A stretch of DNA of 64,000 nucleotides from an uncultured Planctomycetaceae bacterium (lineage in GTDB: Bacteria; Planctomycetota; Planctomycetia; Planctomycetales; Planctomycetaceae). Shown piece by piece: positions 42,301 to 55,557 of this stretch. The stretch's first letter is position 1; every line of letters starts with the position of its first letter. The notes under the pieces were generated by a model. The model saw only the letters and a program-made list of their open reading frames with translations, had not been told where the DNA came from and did no database searches. The stretch is taken from contig CAWFAK010000010.1 in NCBI GenBank assembly GCA_963813715.1, forward strand, positions 1 to 64,000. The letters are read 5' to 3'. Position numbers and translations under genes: made by a program.

Positions 42301-43800
42301 CGCTCGATGGTCCGCCACTCTTCCACATTCACGAACGGATTCGACCCATACGGGAAATAATGGACGACCGCACTAACGGGTTTGCCGGTCACCTTGTCGG
42401 TCACGCGGCCGGTGATCCACAGCCCGCGCCTGAGTTTGATGTCTAGCGTGATCGGATCAAGCCCCGCAGTCTGCGGGATATCGACTTCTTTTCCAAAATA
42501 CGGCTGGTCGAGGTTTGGCGCCACCACGAGCCGGTCGTGTTTCCAATCCTGATCGACGGGCGAGGTTTCTTTGGGCATGCCGATCAGTCGGAACTTCCCT
42601 TCCGCGTCAGTCTGGCGCAGATGAATTTATGCTGGCTCAATTCGACACGGACCCCTGGGAGCGGCTTCCCGCTGGCCGCATCGCGGACGGTGCCGATAAT
42701 CGGCTTGGTGAGAGCAGCCTGATATGTAAAGTCTCCGCCAAAAATCGGCGTCGGCCGGTTATCACCGTCGATCGCACGGTCCGCTGCACTGGGTGTGATC
42801 TGTCGAGTCACCACTTCGATTCTCGCCGTGGCAATCGTCTCTCCGCTGATTTGCAGGTCCACCACTCGTTCGGGCCCGACTCCCCGTACGACAAAGCGGC
42901 CATCCCGGTCGCTCACAATGTCTATGGACGTAGCTTCCTCGTAACCCGGGAGTTGTGATCCGAGACGGGCGTTACTGTCCCCTTTCTTCATCGCGTCCAC
43001 CCAGGCGCAACATCCTGACCTTCTCGCGGCACGCCTTGCGCCACCACGCGCACATGAACTCGGCTCAATGGCCTCCCTTCCAGGTCGACCACGCGGCCGT
43101 GAATGAGCGATTCGGGGATGAGCCGCAGCACAACCGGCGAATTCGTTTCCTTCCCGGGAACAAAGGCGGGTGCGCGCGCCCACTCGACGCCAAAGCCGTC
43201 CGTCCGCGCAGCGAGCCCAAACAATCCCGTGCCGATCTCGTCGTACCAATAGGGAGGAATCCAAATCTCGAATTCGCCGTTTGCCGCGGCCTTTGTGGTC
43301 GCCAGCGGCTTCCAACTCACCCGATTGGACCAATACCGTCGCAGCGCGAGGATCTCGGCCCCCGCAGCCGGCCGCCCATCGGGCAGCAACACAGTGCCGA
43401 GAATCTGCTGCGGTCCGTTTTCATTTTTCGCGGCGTTTGGCGGGGTCCTGTCCGATGCGGCTGAAACTTGCTTCGGCGCCGAAGCGCGCTCAGGCGCGCT
43501 CTCCGCCCGCGTGAGTTGTGTTGATGCGGGACGGCCGGCCTGGGTGTCGGCTGCGACCGGCAACGCTACAGCCGGTGAGATCTCGCCGCCGTCAGTTTTG
43601 GAAACGGGCGCGGGAGGAGTCGCCCCTTGCTGCGCGAAGCCGATGCCCGCGACGGCCGCAAGCGTGACGACGCACGCCCCGAGGATCCAGCGTCTGCCCA
43701 CCCTGGGCGCGATGCGGGCTCCCGCCAGCACGTGCTGCAGCCGACGTTTGAGCGAGTCGCCGCGATCACCGACGATCGGGAATAGTCCGGGCGTGTTCAT
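39323..43800 (-). CDS. Membrane-anchored protein (~1490 aa) with two carboxypeptidase-regulatory-like repeat modules; frameshifted
   Basis: ORFs 42988-43800, 42584-43333, 40050-42578 and 39323-40117 join collinearly; modules begin ~43405 and ~41415. Confidence 0.75.
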
Positions 43801-43801
43801 C

Positions 43802-46800
43802 TCACTTGGCGTCCTTCGCGGTGCCCGCGGCCAGTTCCTTGGTTCGTTTTTCCGTACCGCGGCGGTCGGACTTCCCAGCGTCGCCCGTTGCCCGATTGGG
43901 GCCCGACGGCGTTTCGACGGACGCCGTTGTCGCTTTGGCTGCGGCGGGCGGCTTCGTGCGTTTCACCGCCCCGCGATGGACTTTGGGAAACCCGCGATCC
44001 ATTCGCCCGCGTTCGATCGTGATGGTGCCCAGATCGATCTGATCTCCCGGAGCGACTGTCAATTTGTCGGCGACTTGAGCGAGAGACGATAGATGTGCGT
44101 CCAGAATGAATGGCCCTCCCGCTGGAAGCTCAAGTCGCAAGTGTCCGTCTGCGTCGGTGATCGCAGTCGGATTCCGGACGAACGAAAAACATTCGATCTT
44201 GACGTTCGACAGGGGGGCTCCGTCTTCGGACAGAAGCCGGCCCGTCACAACGGCCGGCGGTTCCAGCACGATCGTTCGTTGGGCTTCACCGGGTTGCGGC
44301 GTGAAGTCGAGCAGTTTCGTGAGCCCGCTGGCGCGATGTCGCAGCAGGACCGTCCTTTTGTCGCCCGGATAGGTTCCGTAAAGCGTTGCAGAATCGCTCT
44401 CGGTAAACGAGCGCGGCGGTAACATCCGCGGATCGAGGACCAGCCCGACGGCTTCGACCCCCGAAAGCGGCTTGCCGGACGCGTCCGTGAACTTCAGCAC
44501 GACGTTCTGCCCCGGCTCAACCGGCAAGTCGACGTTCACCTCGGCGCAAGCGGGGCAACGTCGATCTCGCGCAGGGAGTGGAACATGCCAGGCTCGATCG
44601 GCGACAAGGTCGGCGAATTGATTCTCTTTCTTTTTGCGTCGACTAGTTCTTTGATCTCAGCCCATCCCAGGTTGAAGCGGTAAGTCCCTTGCGTGCATTG
44701 CAGGCCGACCACGCCGCGACCCGGGATGACGGGGACCCGAAAGCGGCCGTCCGGGCCGAAAACGCCGGCGCTGGAATTCCTCGAGAAGTCGGGTTGACCG
44801 GCGAAATACTTCGCGGCGAACTCGTTCGATCGGAACGGCGTGTAAAGAACCGAGCCGGAGACCGGTTTGCCGGTTGACCGATCGTAGGCGCGGCCCACGG
44901 CCCAGATCGCGCGCTTCAGCTTGATGTCGAGCCGAATCGGCTCCAGCGAGACGGAGGCGGGAATCGTCGCCTCGTTAGCAGACAGGTAGGGCAAATCTGG
45001 AATCAGGATCCGACACAGGTTGATTCGCCCAGTGTCGAGCCCTTCGAGGCGAAAGTGCCCCTTGGGGTCGGAGGTCGCCGACACGAACATGTTGCCCCCC
45101 ACCAGGGTCGAGTCACCCCGCTTCACGCCATAGGGACGGATCCCGACGCCCGGAATGGGCTGGCCCGTCTCTTCATCCGTGACGAAGCCTTCGACGAGGA
45201 CGCTCGGCGACGCGACGTGCTCGAATTGAGAGCCAAGAGTCTCGTGAAATCTAAATGGGATCGGCTTGATCGGCCTCGTCACCACGCTGGCGACGAATGT
45301 GGCCATTCGTGGACCCGAGATTTTCAGATAGACGTGTCGATCGCGTCCGATTCCCTGGATCTCGAATCGCCCGTCGGCATTTGTTTTCTGCGCCGGAATC
45401 AGCGCCTCCGAGACCGATGCAACCGCCTTGACACGGAAGACAGCCTCTTCGCGGCCCCCTCTGTTTTCATCGAGCGAACGATTGGGCAAGAACCAATGGA
45501 TATACACGGGCTTGTCCTTCGCGGAGGCGATAAACTGATCGACCCAGGCCGCGGTCGAGTCGTAGACGATGACGACCTCGACACGGACATCGCGCAACGG
45601 TCGCCCTTCTAAATCGATGATGTGGCCGCGAATCGGCTCGTCATCGACCAGGTTCATGACAATCGCGTCGGTCTTTTCCGCCGGAAGGACTGGATGCAAC
45701 GCGAGGCCATAGCCGGCCAGCGTGGCCCACAGATTGACGCTGTCCCGGCGATCCGTCATCGGACCAACATCGACGCTGCCCCGAAATTCACCCTTCGCAT
45801 CCGCGGACAGCGTCGTCAGCACTGTGAACTTTTCTGTAGCCGCCGGGTACGGCTGACCGACGGCCTTAATCACTCGCACGGTCGCGCCGACCGCCGGCTG
45901 ACCGTTGGGCAACAGCACGCGGCCGCGGAGTTCACGCGTCGTCATCGCGGAAGGCGCGGGTTTCTTTTCGGTTGCCGCTGATGCCAGATGCACTTCCGGG
46001 CGAGGCGCCTGCACGGTTGACGCGTTTGCGACGCCGGGAGATTTGCTGCGTTTCAGCGATCCCCTCGTGATCCTTCTGATTCGTTGCTGCCGGGCGTCGA
46101 GTTCGATCGTGACGTCGCCGAAATCGATTTGCTCTCCCGCGGCAACCGTCAGGTTTTTCTCAAGTTGTTTGAGGGCGCCCGTGACGACAGACACGTAACG
46201 CCCGGCGGGGATCTCGCTGCGGAGACGTCCTTGGGCGTCGGAGGACGCCGCCCGCAAGCCTTCCGGCAGGTTGTAGGCGGGCGTGCAGGTGAGGCTCCAA
46301 TTCGCGAGCGGCGTTCCCTCCGGAGTGAGGAAGTGCGCGGTGATCACGGCCGGAGCCTCGAGAACGATCGTCCGCTCGGTCTCCCCCTCCTTTGGCGTAA
46401 AGCGGAACAGCTTTGTGAGACCGCTGGCCCGGTGCTTGAGCCAGACCGTTCGCGTCTCGCCGGGGAACGTGGCATAGAGCGTCGCCGAGTCACTCTCAAC
46501 AAAGGACCACCATGGCCGAGCCGAGTAACCCTTGCCTGACTGATAACGCACATACCGCAACCCGTACGCTTCCACGCCGGCCAGCGGTTTGCCGGCCGGA
46601 TCGGCGAACTTGAGAACGACGTTCTGCCCCGGGTCGGCGGCCAGATCGGCATGAGCCTCTTCGGCATCCGGCGGGACGTTGATTTCCCGCACCACCTGAT
46701 AAGGCCCATACGGCGCGGACGTTAATCTCTCGAAGTCGGCGATCGCCTCCCGGCCAAGCTGGAGCCGGTAGTCCCCCTCGTCGCAGTAGAGAGTCAGCAC

Positions 46801-49800
46801 GCCACGTCCCGGGACGACGAGGAGCCGGAAACGTCCGTCCGCTTCGACATTTCCGCCCGTGCCTTGAATCACGTGATACTTTCGCGCGACTTCATTGGAG
46901 CGAAACGGTGTGTACTGCACCCAACCGGAGACAGGCTTGCCCGTCACCCGATCGGACGCGCGGCCGACGGCCCAAATGCCGCGCTTGAGCTTGACGTCGC
47001 ACCGAATCGGCCGAAGCGCCACGGCCGCGGGAACCTCAAAGCCGGCCCCGGTTTCCATTGGCTTGACGTACCAGGGGTGCAGATAAGGCAAATCGTGCGG
47101 TTCGACGCCGCAGACGTTGGGCTGCTGGGTGTTGAGTCCCTCGAGCAGGTAGTGGCCGCGAGCATCGGTTGTCGCGGAGGCTGACAGGCCGAGCTCGACC
47201 CTCCACCTGCCCCTGTCGGACCTGATATAGGGAAAGACGGTGGCGCCGGCGATCGGCTTGCCGCTCTCTTCGTCGGTGATGAATCCTTCGACGGGCACGC
47301 TCGGCGAAACGACGCGAGTAAACTCGGAACCGTCAACTTCCCACTGGGGCAGGGGAATCGACTTGATCGGCCGCGTCAGAACGCTGGCGAAAATCGTGGC
47401 CGTTCGCGAGGCGGAAATTCTGAGGGCGATAAGCCGATCGCGCCCCAGGCCCCGCATCTCGAACCGCCCGTCGGAATCCGTTTTGACCGTCGGAACGAGC
47501 GTTTCGGAAACGCGTTGAGGCGAGTCGACGTGCAAATACGGTCCGCCCGGTGCGGACCGTCCTGCCGAATCGCCTTCGTCGTCGAGGAATGCGTTGATGG
47601 GCCGCGGCAGCTTGGAAATCGCGGCCAGCCATTGGTCGATCGAGTCGGTCGTCGTGTCGAAATAGCGAATGATTTCGACGCGGGCCTCGCGAACGGGCCG
47701 CCCCTCGAGGTCGACAATCCGCCCTCGGATCGGCTCCTCTTGGGCCAGCTTCAACACGATCGGCTGCGCGTCGGAGATCGACGGGAGCGGCCGCACCACG
47801 AGGCCATAGCCTGGCAACGCGGCCCAGACGCTAAGTGGACGACGATCCTTGAAGCCGGCGGCATCGATGTGGCCCTCGAAATCTCCGTTCGAATTCGCAG
47901 TGCGTTTCGCCAGCACTCGGAGTTCAACTTGCCCCGCGAGCACGTCGGCTCGAATCACGCGGACGGTCGCCCCGACGGCCGGCTGACCATTGGGCAACAA
48001 CACGCGGCCGCGCAGTTGCGCGTCGGTGACGTGTCAGTCCGAAGTGATTCTGTCTTCGCGATTTGCCCGGAGCGCGGAAGCGGGTGCCGACGCGATCGGC
48101 GGCTTCACTGCCGTCGCCTTTGTGCGTTTCGGTGGGCCGAACGTGGCTTTGACATCACGCGGACGCTTGCCGGTGCTTTCGAGCGTGATATCGCCGAGTT
48201 CGATTTGCTCTCCCGCCGCGACGGTCAGTTTGGGTAGTCGACAACGACCGGCAAAGAGGCCAATCGAGCCGCCTGCCGGCAGGTCGCGACGAAATCGTCC
48301 CTGGGCGTCGCTCATGACGGGGGGAAAGGCTTCCTCGAAACCCTCGCCGAAATCGCATCGAATTTCGATTCCGGAAAGAGGTTTCCCTTCGGCGCTGACC
48401 AGGCGGCCGGTAACGATGGCCGGCGGCTCCAGGACGAGCGGGCGCGGGCCTCCCCGGCCTGCGGAGAGAATTGCATCAGTTTTGTCAAACCCGTCGCGCG
48501 ATGGCGGAGCCAGATGACGCGGTTTTCGCCCGGATAACCTGCATAGAGAGTCGTCGAATCGCCTTCGACAAACGACTGGCCGCGCTTCCGGCGCCGAACG
48601 GGGCCCGGCAAACCTCAGTCCGTTTGTCTCGACCCCGGCCAGCGGCTTGCCGGCGGCATCAGTGAACTTGAGGACGACATTCTCCCCCGGATCGACTGGC
48701 AGATCGATGCTGGCTTCGCGCGCCCGGCGCGAGATCGATCTCGCGCAACGAGTGGTACATTTCTCCAAAGATGAATCGGTAGAGAGGGGAAGCCAGAGCC
48801 GCGTTCCGATCGGTCAACGACTTGATTTGCGCCGGCCGAAGTCCAGGCGGTAGTCGTCCGAGTCGCAGCGCATGTAGATGATGCCGTGTCCGGGATAGAC
48901 CAGGGCGCGAATATGCCCCTCGGGGTCGGCTTCTCCGCATTCGAGCAGTTCGTCCCAGAACCTGGGGATGTTTCGCAGCCACCTCACGGGCGGGTTTGCT
49001 CGTTTGAAACGGCGTGTAAAAGATCTTGCCCGAGACCGGCTTGCCGGTTGTCCGATCGTAGGCTCGACCAGTAGCCCAGATCCCGCGTGTGAGCTTCAGG
49101 TCCTTGCGGATCGGATCGAGCGACTTGACGGGACCAACCCGCAGCCCCTGCATCAGGGAGAAGTAAGGCTGGCCGGGCACACGAACATTGCAGTTCAGCC
49201 CATAGGCCGGATCGATCCCCTCGAAGCGATAGTGTCCGCGGGCATCGGTCGTTCTCATCCCGTATAGAGCTAGGATTGATCGCAGGCGCACACCCGGAAT
49301 CGGTTTGCCGGTCTCCTCGTCCGTGATATCTCCCTCGATTGTCACGCCCGGCGATAGGGCACGTTCGAATTGCGAGCCGGAGATCTCCATGGATTGCTTA
49401 CGGATGGGCTGGATGGGCCGCGTCAGCAGGAACGCGAACGTCGTTGCCACGCGCGGACCGGAGATTCTGAGAGCGATAAAGTGATCGCGCCCGATACCTT
49501 GTATCTCGAAGCGGCCGTCGGCGTTGGATTTCGCCTTCGCCAGCAACGACGCGGGTAACCACGCTTTCGACGTGGAAGGGATCAAGGACTTATTTTGGAA
49601 TTCCGCATCCTTGCTTTGAATCGACGCGATCCACGGGTCGATTGCGTCCGCCTTCGTGTCGAAGTATCGACGACTTCGATGTCGACGTCCCGAGCGGGTC
49701 GCCCCTCCAGGTCCATCAAGCGACCCCGGATCGGCTCCTCGGCGACAAGATGCAGCACAATTGGCGTCTCTTTGTCGGGCAAATACGCAGCATGGGCCAG

Positions 49801-52800
49801 TCCATAGTTTGGCAGCGTGGCCCACAAGTCGACCGCGCATTCTTGCTCCGTGAGCAAGCCGACGTCAACCTTGCCCCCGAATTCACCCCTCACGTCGGTC
49901 GAGAACGTCGTCAAGAACGTGATCGTGTCGGGCGGCAGGACTGAGTACTCGAGGCCGACGCTCTTGCACACTCGCACGCTCGCACCGATCGCGGGTAGCC
50001 CGTTTGGCAACAGCACGCGGCCACGGATTTCGCGGATCGTTGCGGGCTTCTGCGAGTTTTCCTTTGGTCGCTGGGACGTTGCGGAAGCAGGCCGGATGTT
50101 GACGCTTGAATTGCGGCGGGCGGCTTTGTGCGTTTCTCCGGACCGCGATGGATCTTGGGTCGCAAAAGTCCTTTTTGGTCTCGATCGATCGCGATATCCC
50201 CCAGTTCGACGCGTTCACTCGCGACAACCGACAGCTTTTCGGCAAAGAATGCATAGGGGAATGGATTCGCATAGAGTTCAAACGGTCCCCCGGCTGGCAG
50301 CTCGCCGCGAAAACGCCCCTCGGCATCGGTGCTCACAAACGGGAGCCGGTCGGCCGAGTTGGATTCGAACACGCACTCGATCCGCAGGTCCGACAGCGGG
50401 GTCCCCTCGGGGGTGACCAGCCGTCCAGTCACAACGGCCGGCGGTTCAAGGACGACTGTTCTCTCCGTTTCGCCCACTTTGGGCGTGAAATGAAGCAGCT
50501 TCGTGAGGCCGCTCGATCGATGCTTGATCCAGATTGTCCGCGTTTCGTCCGGCGAAGAGGCATACAAGGTTGCCGAGTTACCTTCGATGGACGATCGACT
50601 TCGATTCATGCGGCTGTGCGGATCGAGTCGCAGCCCATACGTCTCCAAACCGGCGAGCGGGCTGCCGCCTGCATCGGTGAACTTGAGGACGACGTTCTGG
50701 CCCGGATCGACCGGCAGATCGACGTGAATTTCATGCGTGTCCGGAGTGACATTGACTTGCGCACCGCATGGAATGGTTCCGACAAGAGACGTTCGTATGT
50801 CGGCCCGCGCATCGATTGCGCCATTTCGGAGCCCGCCAGCTCCTTAATCTCACTCCGACCGAGGTTGGGCCGATAATTGCCCTCCGAGCACTTCAAGCAG
50901 ACGACTCCCCGGCCGGGTATGACCGGAATCTTGAACCGTCCCTGGTCGTCGACGAACCCAAACGGGTAATTCGCCAAGAAGTCCGTGGGTGCGTTTCGAT
51001 ACCGCTCGTAATTTCGCGCGGCTGGATTCGATCGGAACGGCGTGTAATAGACCGATCCAGGGACGGGCTTTCCATTCGTCCGGTCGAAAGCCCGACCAAT
51101 GGCCCATACGCCGCGTCTCAGCTTGATATCGTGTCGGATCGGTTTAAGAGACTCGGAAACGGGGATCGATCCATTTTCGACGGGAGGGTAGGGCAAATCG
51201 GGGACGACGATCTTGTAATAGTTGGTGGTGCCCGTTTCGAGCCCTTGCAGGCGATAGTTTCCTTGAGCGTCGCTCGTTCGCGACAACAGGGCTGCGATGT
51301 GTGGATCGTTCAACAGGACGCCATTTTCGCGCTCGACGGCGGTGGGAATGATGCGAGCGCCGGGAACGGGCTTGCCGGTCTCTTCGTCGGCGACAACCCC
51401 TTCAACCGCAACACTCGGCGGCGCCACGCGATCGAATTGCGAGCCGAAAATCTCGTGATATTTGAAAGGAATCGGCCGGAGGGGCCGCGTCAAAATGCCC
51501 GCTTCGATCGTCGTGACTCGCGGCCCGCTGATTGCCAAATCGACGAGTCGATCCCGTCCAACCCCCTTGATCTCGAAGCGCCCTTCGGCATTTGTCTTCA
51601 CCGCGGGCATCAGGACATCGGAGACGTTTTCAGCTGACTTGATGCGTAAAATCGGTTCACGTCGATCAGGCTTCGGCTCCTCGCGAGTGAAGTTGAAAAA
51701 TGTCTGGCCGGGCGTGACTCGACGCGCTGAAGCGAGCCATTGTTCGACCCAGGGAGTGGTCGTGTCGAAGTACCGCACGATTTCGACGCGAGCATCGCGA
51801 ACGGGCTGCCCTTGCAAATCGAGGATGCGTCCGCGAATCGGCTCTTCATCGACGAGGCTGATCTCGATCGGGCCACTCTTTTCCGCCGGGGCAAGGTGAT
51901 ACGGCGTCAGACCATAACCGGGAAGCGTGGCCCACAGGTTGACCTGGACTCCGGGTTCCTTCATCGAACCGATGTTGACGCTTCCCCGAAACTCTCCCTG
52001 TGAATCCGTGGAGAGCGCAGCGAGCACTCCGAACTCCTCAGCTCCGCCTTCGTAACGGGGATACTCAAATTTGATCGCGCGCACGGTCGCCCCGACGGCT
52101 GGCTGGCCATTCGGCAACAGAACCCGGCCACGCACGGCGACGACGCCGGGGGGAAGCGCGGCGCAGGATTCTGCGCGGGAGTCGGTTGTGGCGACGGGAT
52201 TGCTGGTGGTGAAGCCGTTGGCGTCGCTGCGGGCGCGGGGGAAATCGGGGGTTTCGTTTCTTGAGCTGTTTCGAGTTGAGGCGCGGGTTCCGGAGACGGA
52301 GCCGCGGCGCGTTTGCCTTGCTGGGCGAAACCGACGCCGGCAATGGCGGCTAGCGCGAGCAGCGTGGAGGCGAGCAACCAGTGGCGGCCGACTTTGGGGG
52401 TGATCCGCACGCCAGAAAGGACGTGTTCCAGCCGCCGCTTGAGCGACTCGCGGCTGCTGACGGCGGCCAAGGCGTGGGCCGGCGCGCCTTGTGGGACGAG
52501 TTGTAGCAACGAGTCGGCGTAGTCGGTCGCCTCGCCTCCGGTCGACAGCACCCAATCGTCGCAGGCTTGCTCGCGGAGGTAGGCGAGCCGGCGACGGCTG
52601 AGCCAGGTCAGCGGTTGCCAGGGCAGGGCGATGACCACGATTTCAGCCCACAAGGCGGTCCAGTGATCCCGGCGGATCGCGTGCGCCAGCTCGTGACAAA
52701 AGACGCTCCGCCAGAGGATCGGCCCCGCATCGGTCGCTGAAGTCGGCAGCAACACGACGGGCCGTGCGCTCCAGCACCAGATCATCGGGCAGCGAATGTG

Positions 52801-53508
52801 CGGCGTGGGCGCAGGGACGGTGCGCCTCGCAAGCCCAGGCGCTCGCGTCGCCTCGCCAAGAGCGGCGACCAATTGCGGATCGGTCTCCTCGCGGGCAGTC
52901 CGCACAATTCGCGTCCCTGCCAGGAGAGAAATCGCCAGCCGGACCAACAACAGCAACGACGCGATCGACCACGCAGCGGCGAGCGCGGCGGTCACGCGCG
53001 AGGTCCAAGTGAACGGCGCGGGCGGCGGTTCGAGGGCAGTCTCGGTCGTCTCCGCGTCTTGCGGTTGCTCGCGTGCCGTAGGGTCGCTCGTGGCAACTTC
53101 CGGTTCGATCGAGCTGGTCGAGCGGCCCGGCATCGAGTCGAGTTCTGATTGTGCAAACTCATCCGGGGAATCGGCCCGCTCTCGAGGGAGCTGATCGTCC
53201 GGATGGTGGACCTCGGCCGCGGGTGCCGGTAGCTCGGTGCCAGTCACGACAACAGGCGGCGGTTCGGGAGGCGCAGGCAAGAATCCCCATTGCATGCGAT
53301 GGACGATGACCGTGAGCAAAGGCGAGACGAAGGCCGCGCCCATCGCGAGCACGAGCAGCAGATGAGCCCGCCCCGCGCGGCGTCGCCACACGCGGGCCGC
53401 GAGCAGCCCCACAGCCAGCCACAGCGTCGATTGCCAAACCAACAGCCACGCGAAGTCGCTGGTCCCGCCGGACGTCGACGGGAGCGCACCCATCAGTCGG
53501 TCAATCAT
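43802..53508 (-). CDS. Giant BlaR1/MecR1-type M56 metallopeptidase (~3200 aa) with four ~690-aa repeat modules; multiple frameshifts
   Basis: TM helices; CHELAHAIRRD (HEXXH); REQACDD; LKRRLEHVL. Modules start with RGRVLLPNG(Q/L)PA at ~52135, ~50025, ~48012 and ~45927. Confidence 0.8.
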
Positions 53509-55120
53509 CGTTCAACTCCGCTCTTAGTCTTCGAGTGCACGGCGATATTCTGCGTGAGTTGTGTCGCCGTTTCTGGCACGTTCAATAGGGCAATCCCCTG
53601 GAACTGGGATTGCGGCATCGCGCTCGACCCGCCAATACCGGCAGCAATGACGAGGCTATCCTTGATTGGCCCCTTCATGTCGGCGCGGCCGTATCGGACG
53701 CCTTCGTGTTTAAAAAAGGCATCGGCGTCGACGCGTGCCGGCTCGAAGTCGTCACGCGCCGACATGCGAACAACGACGGCTCCCGGACCAGGCAAAATGC
53801 CTAAAGAGAACGTTCCGTCAGTGTTGGTGGGCGCCTGGCTAAATGGACCAATGCCAAACGCTGTGCTGGACATTCCCTTTTCGATGTGAGTACTAGGATA
53901 GAGCGGCCAATACATGACCTCGGCGGACACTGGTTTGCTGTTCGACCGGTCGATCACGCGGCCAGAGAGCGGAATCGCCCGATAGACGTGCAGTTGCACT
54001 TCAAGAGGCCCCAACCCCGGCGTATCGAGGGCCGTCAGCGATCCGTCGATGTAGGACGATTGATTGGGTAAGCTCGCGCCGAGCTGGTACTTGTCTTCTT
54101 TGGCGCAGCCCCGCAATTCGAAGCGGCCCGACACGTCGGTGGTTGTCTCCGAGAATCCGTCGAAATGGTTGACACGCACTCCCTCAATCGGCCGCCCGGT
54201 CTTGGCATCGGTCACGGTGCCGACAACGGGACGCGACGGACGCACATAGTGCGTAAACCGTGCGCCGTAGGTGGCCTTCGTGAAGCGGGGCGGCGTGCCG
54301 TTAAGCATCCCATCGAATGGATCAGTCAATACGTGGATCGTGGTGTCCGCGATCGCGTCGCCGGAAATCACAAGTACGGCGCGGCGGTGCCGCCCGATGC
54401 CGCTGAACCGGAAGCCTCCCCGCTCGTTGGTCAATGCAGCCGGCGCTTCGCGGCGTAGGGTGACCCTGCTCCCGAACATGAGCCATGAGGTGAATCGGTA
54501 GTTCGAGGCGCGCATGTCGTTTGTTTTCAGCACCCTGAGATACGGTTGCGGATCGTCGTTGGCAAACGTCTCAATGGCGACGATCCGGACGGCGGCCCCC
54601 ACAACCGGGCGTCCTTCCAAGTTCACAATGCGGCCTTCGATGGGCAGATCATCGGTGGCAAGCGTTAGTCTGAGTTCCGTGGACAGCTTCAACGTCTCCG
54701 GGTCGATCCAGGCCGGACCGAATCCCGACTTTACGGCTTTGATCCGCAGCGAAGCTGCACCAAATCGGGCGTCAGAGCCGGGACCGAAAAATCAAAGTCG
54801 CCATCGCTGACGGTTGTTGCCTTCAAATCGATGAGATAGCCGGGACCCGATCGTATGAAAAACACTTGTGCGCCCGGGGCCGGCTTGCCATCAGGCTGCA
54901 CAACTCGACCAGAAAACCGGCGGGTTTCGTCAGCTTCTCCGGAACGATCCTGTTTGCGTTGAGCAGATTTGTCCGCCGCAGAGCGTGCCGCGGATTGGTC
55001 TCTGGCTGGTCGCTGTTGAGCCGCGGCAGTATCCCCAAAACTCACCGCCAGCCAGACCGTCAATCGCGAGACAATTGCCCAGGCGAACCAAGCCGGCAGA
55101 GCTGACCGAGCTCTATTCAT
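53505..55120 (-). CDS. Exported protein with one shorter carboxypeptidase-regulatory-like module; frameshifted ~54780
   Basis: Signal-like N-terminus; FSGRVVQPDGKPAPGAQV; PIEGRIVNLEGRPV; overlaps blaI by 8 nt and the M56 gene by 4 nt. Confidence 0.75.
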
Positions 55121-55505
55121 GGGAAAGTTCCTTCCGCCGCTTGTCGATCATCTTCCGCAGCTCGGCCAGGTCGGCGGCACTCAGCTCCTGGTCATCGAGC
55201 AGGTGCTGAAACATGGCAATCGGGTCGCCGCCGCAAACGCGGTCGATGAATTGCCGCAGCGAGCTGCGTCCGGCTTCGGCGCGGGTGACCACCGGGCGGT
55301 AGACGTAGGCGCGGCCCTCTTCTCGATGCGTGAGCCAGCCTGCCTTGTCGAGCTTTTGCATGACGGAGAGCACCGTCGTGTAGGCGAGCTTGCGACGGGC
55401 GAGCTTCGTTTTCACCTGGTTGACGCTCGCCTCGCCGAGCGTCCAGACGATCTCCATCACGGTTTTCTGCAAGTCGCCCAAATCGTCGAGCGAACGACGG
55501 GACAT
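55113..55505 (-). CDS. blaI: BlaI/MecI/CopY-family transcriptional repressor
   Basis: LGDLQKTVMEIVW; LAYTTVLSVMQKLDKAGWL; EGRAYVY; DLAELRKMI. Confidence 0.93.
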   Translation of the reverse strand: MSRRSLDDLGDLQKTVMEIVWTLGEASVNQVKTKLARRKLAYTTVLSVMQKLDKAGWLTHREEGRAYVYRPVVTRAEAGRSSLRQFIDRVCGGDPIAMFQHLLDDQELSAADLAELRKMIDKRRKELSHE

Positions 55506-55557
55506 CCGGTTCCTTTCGGGTGAAACTTCGCGGGAGGCTGTGAAACTATCGCCACGA

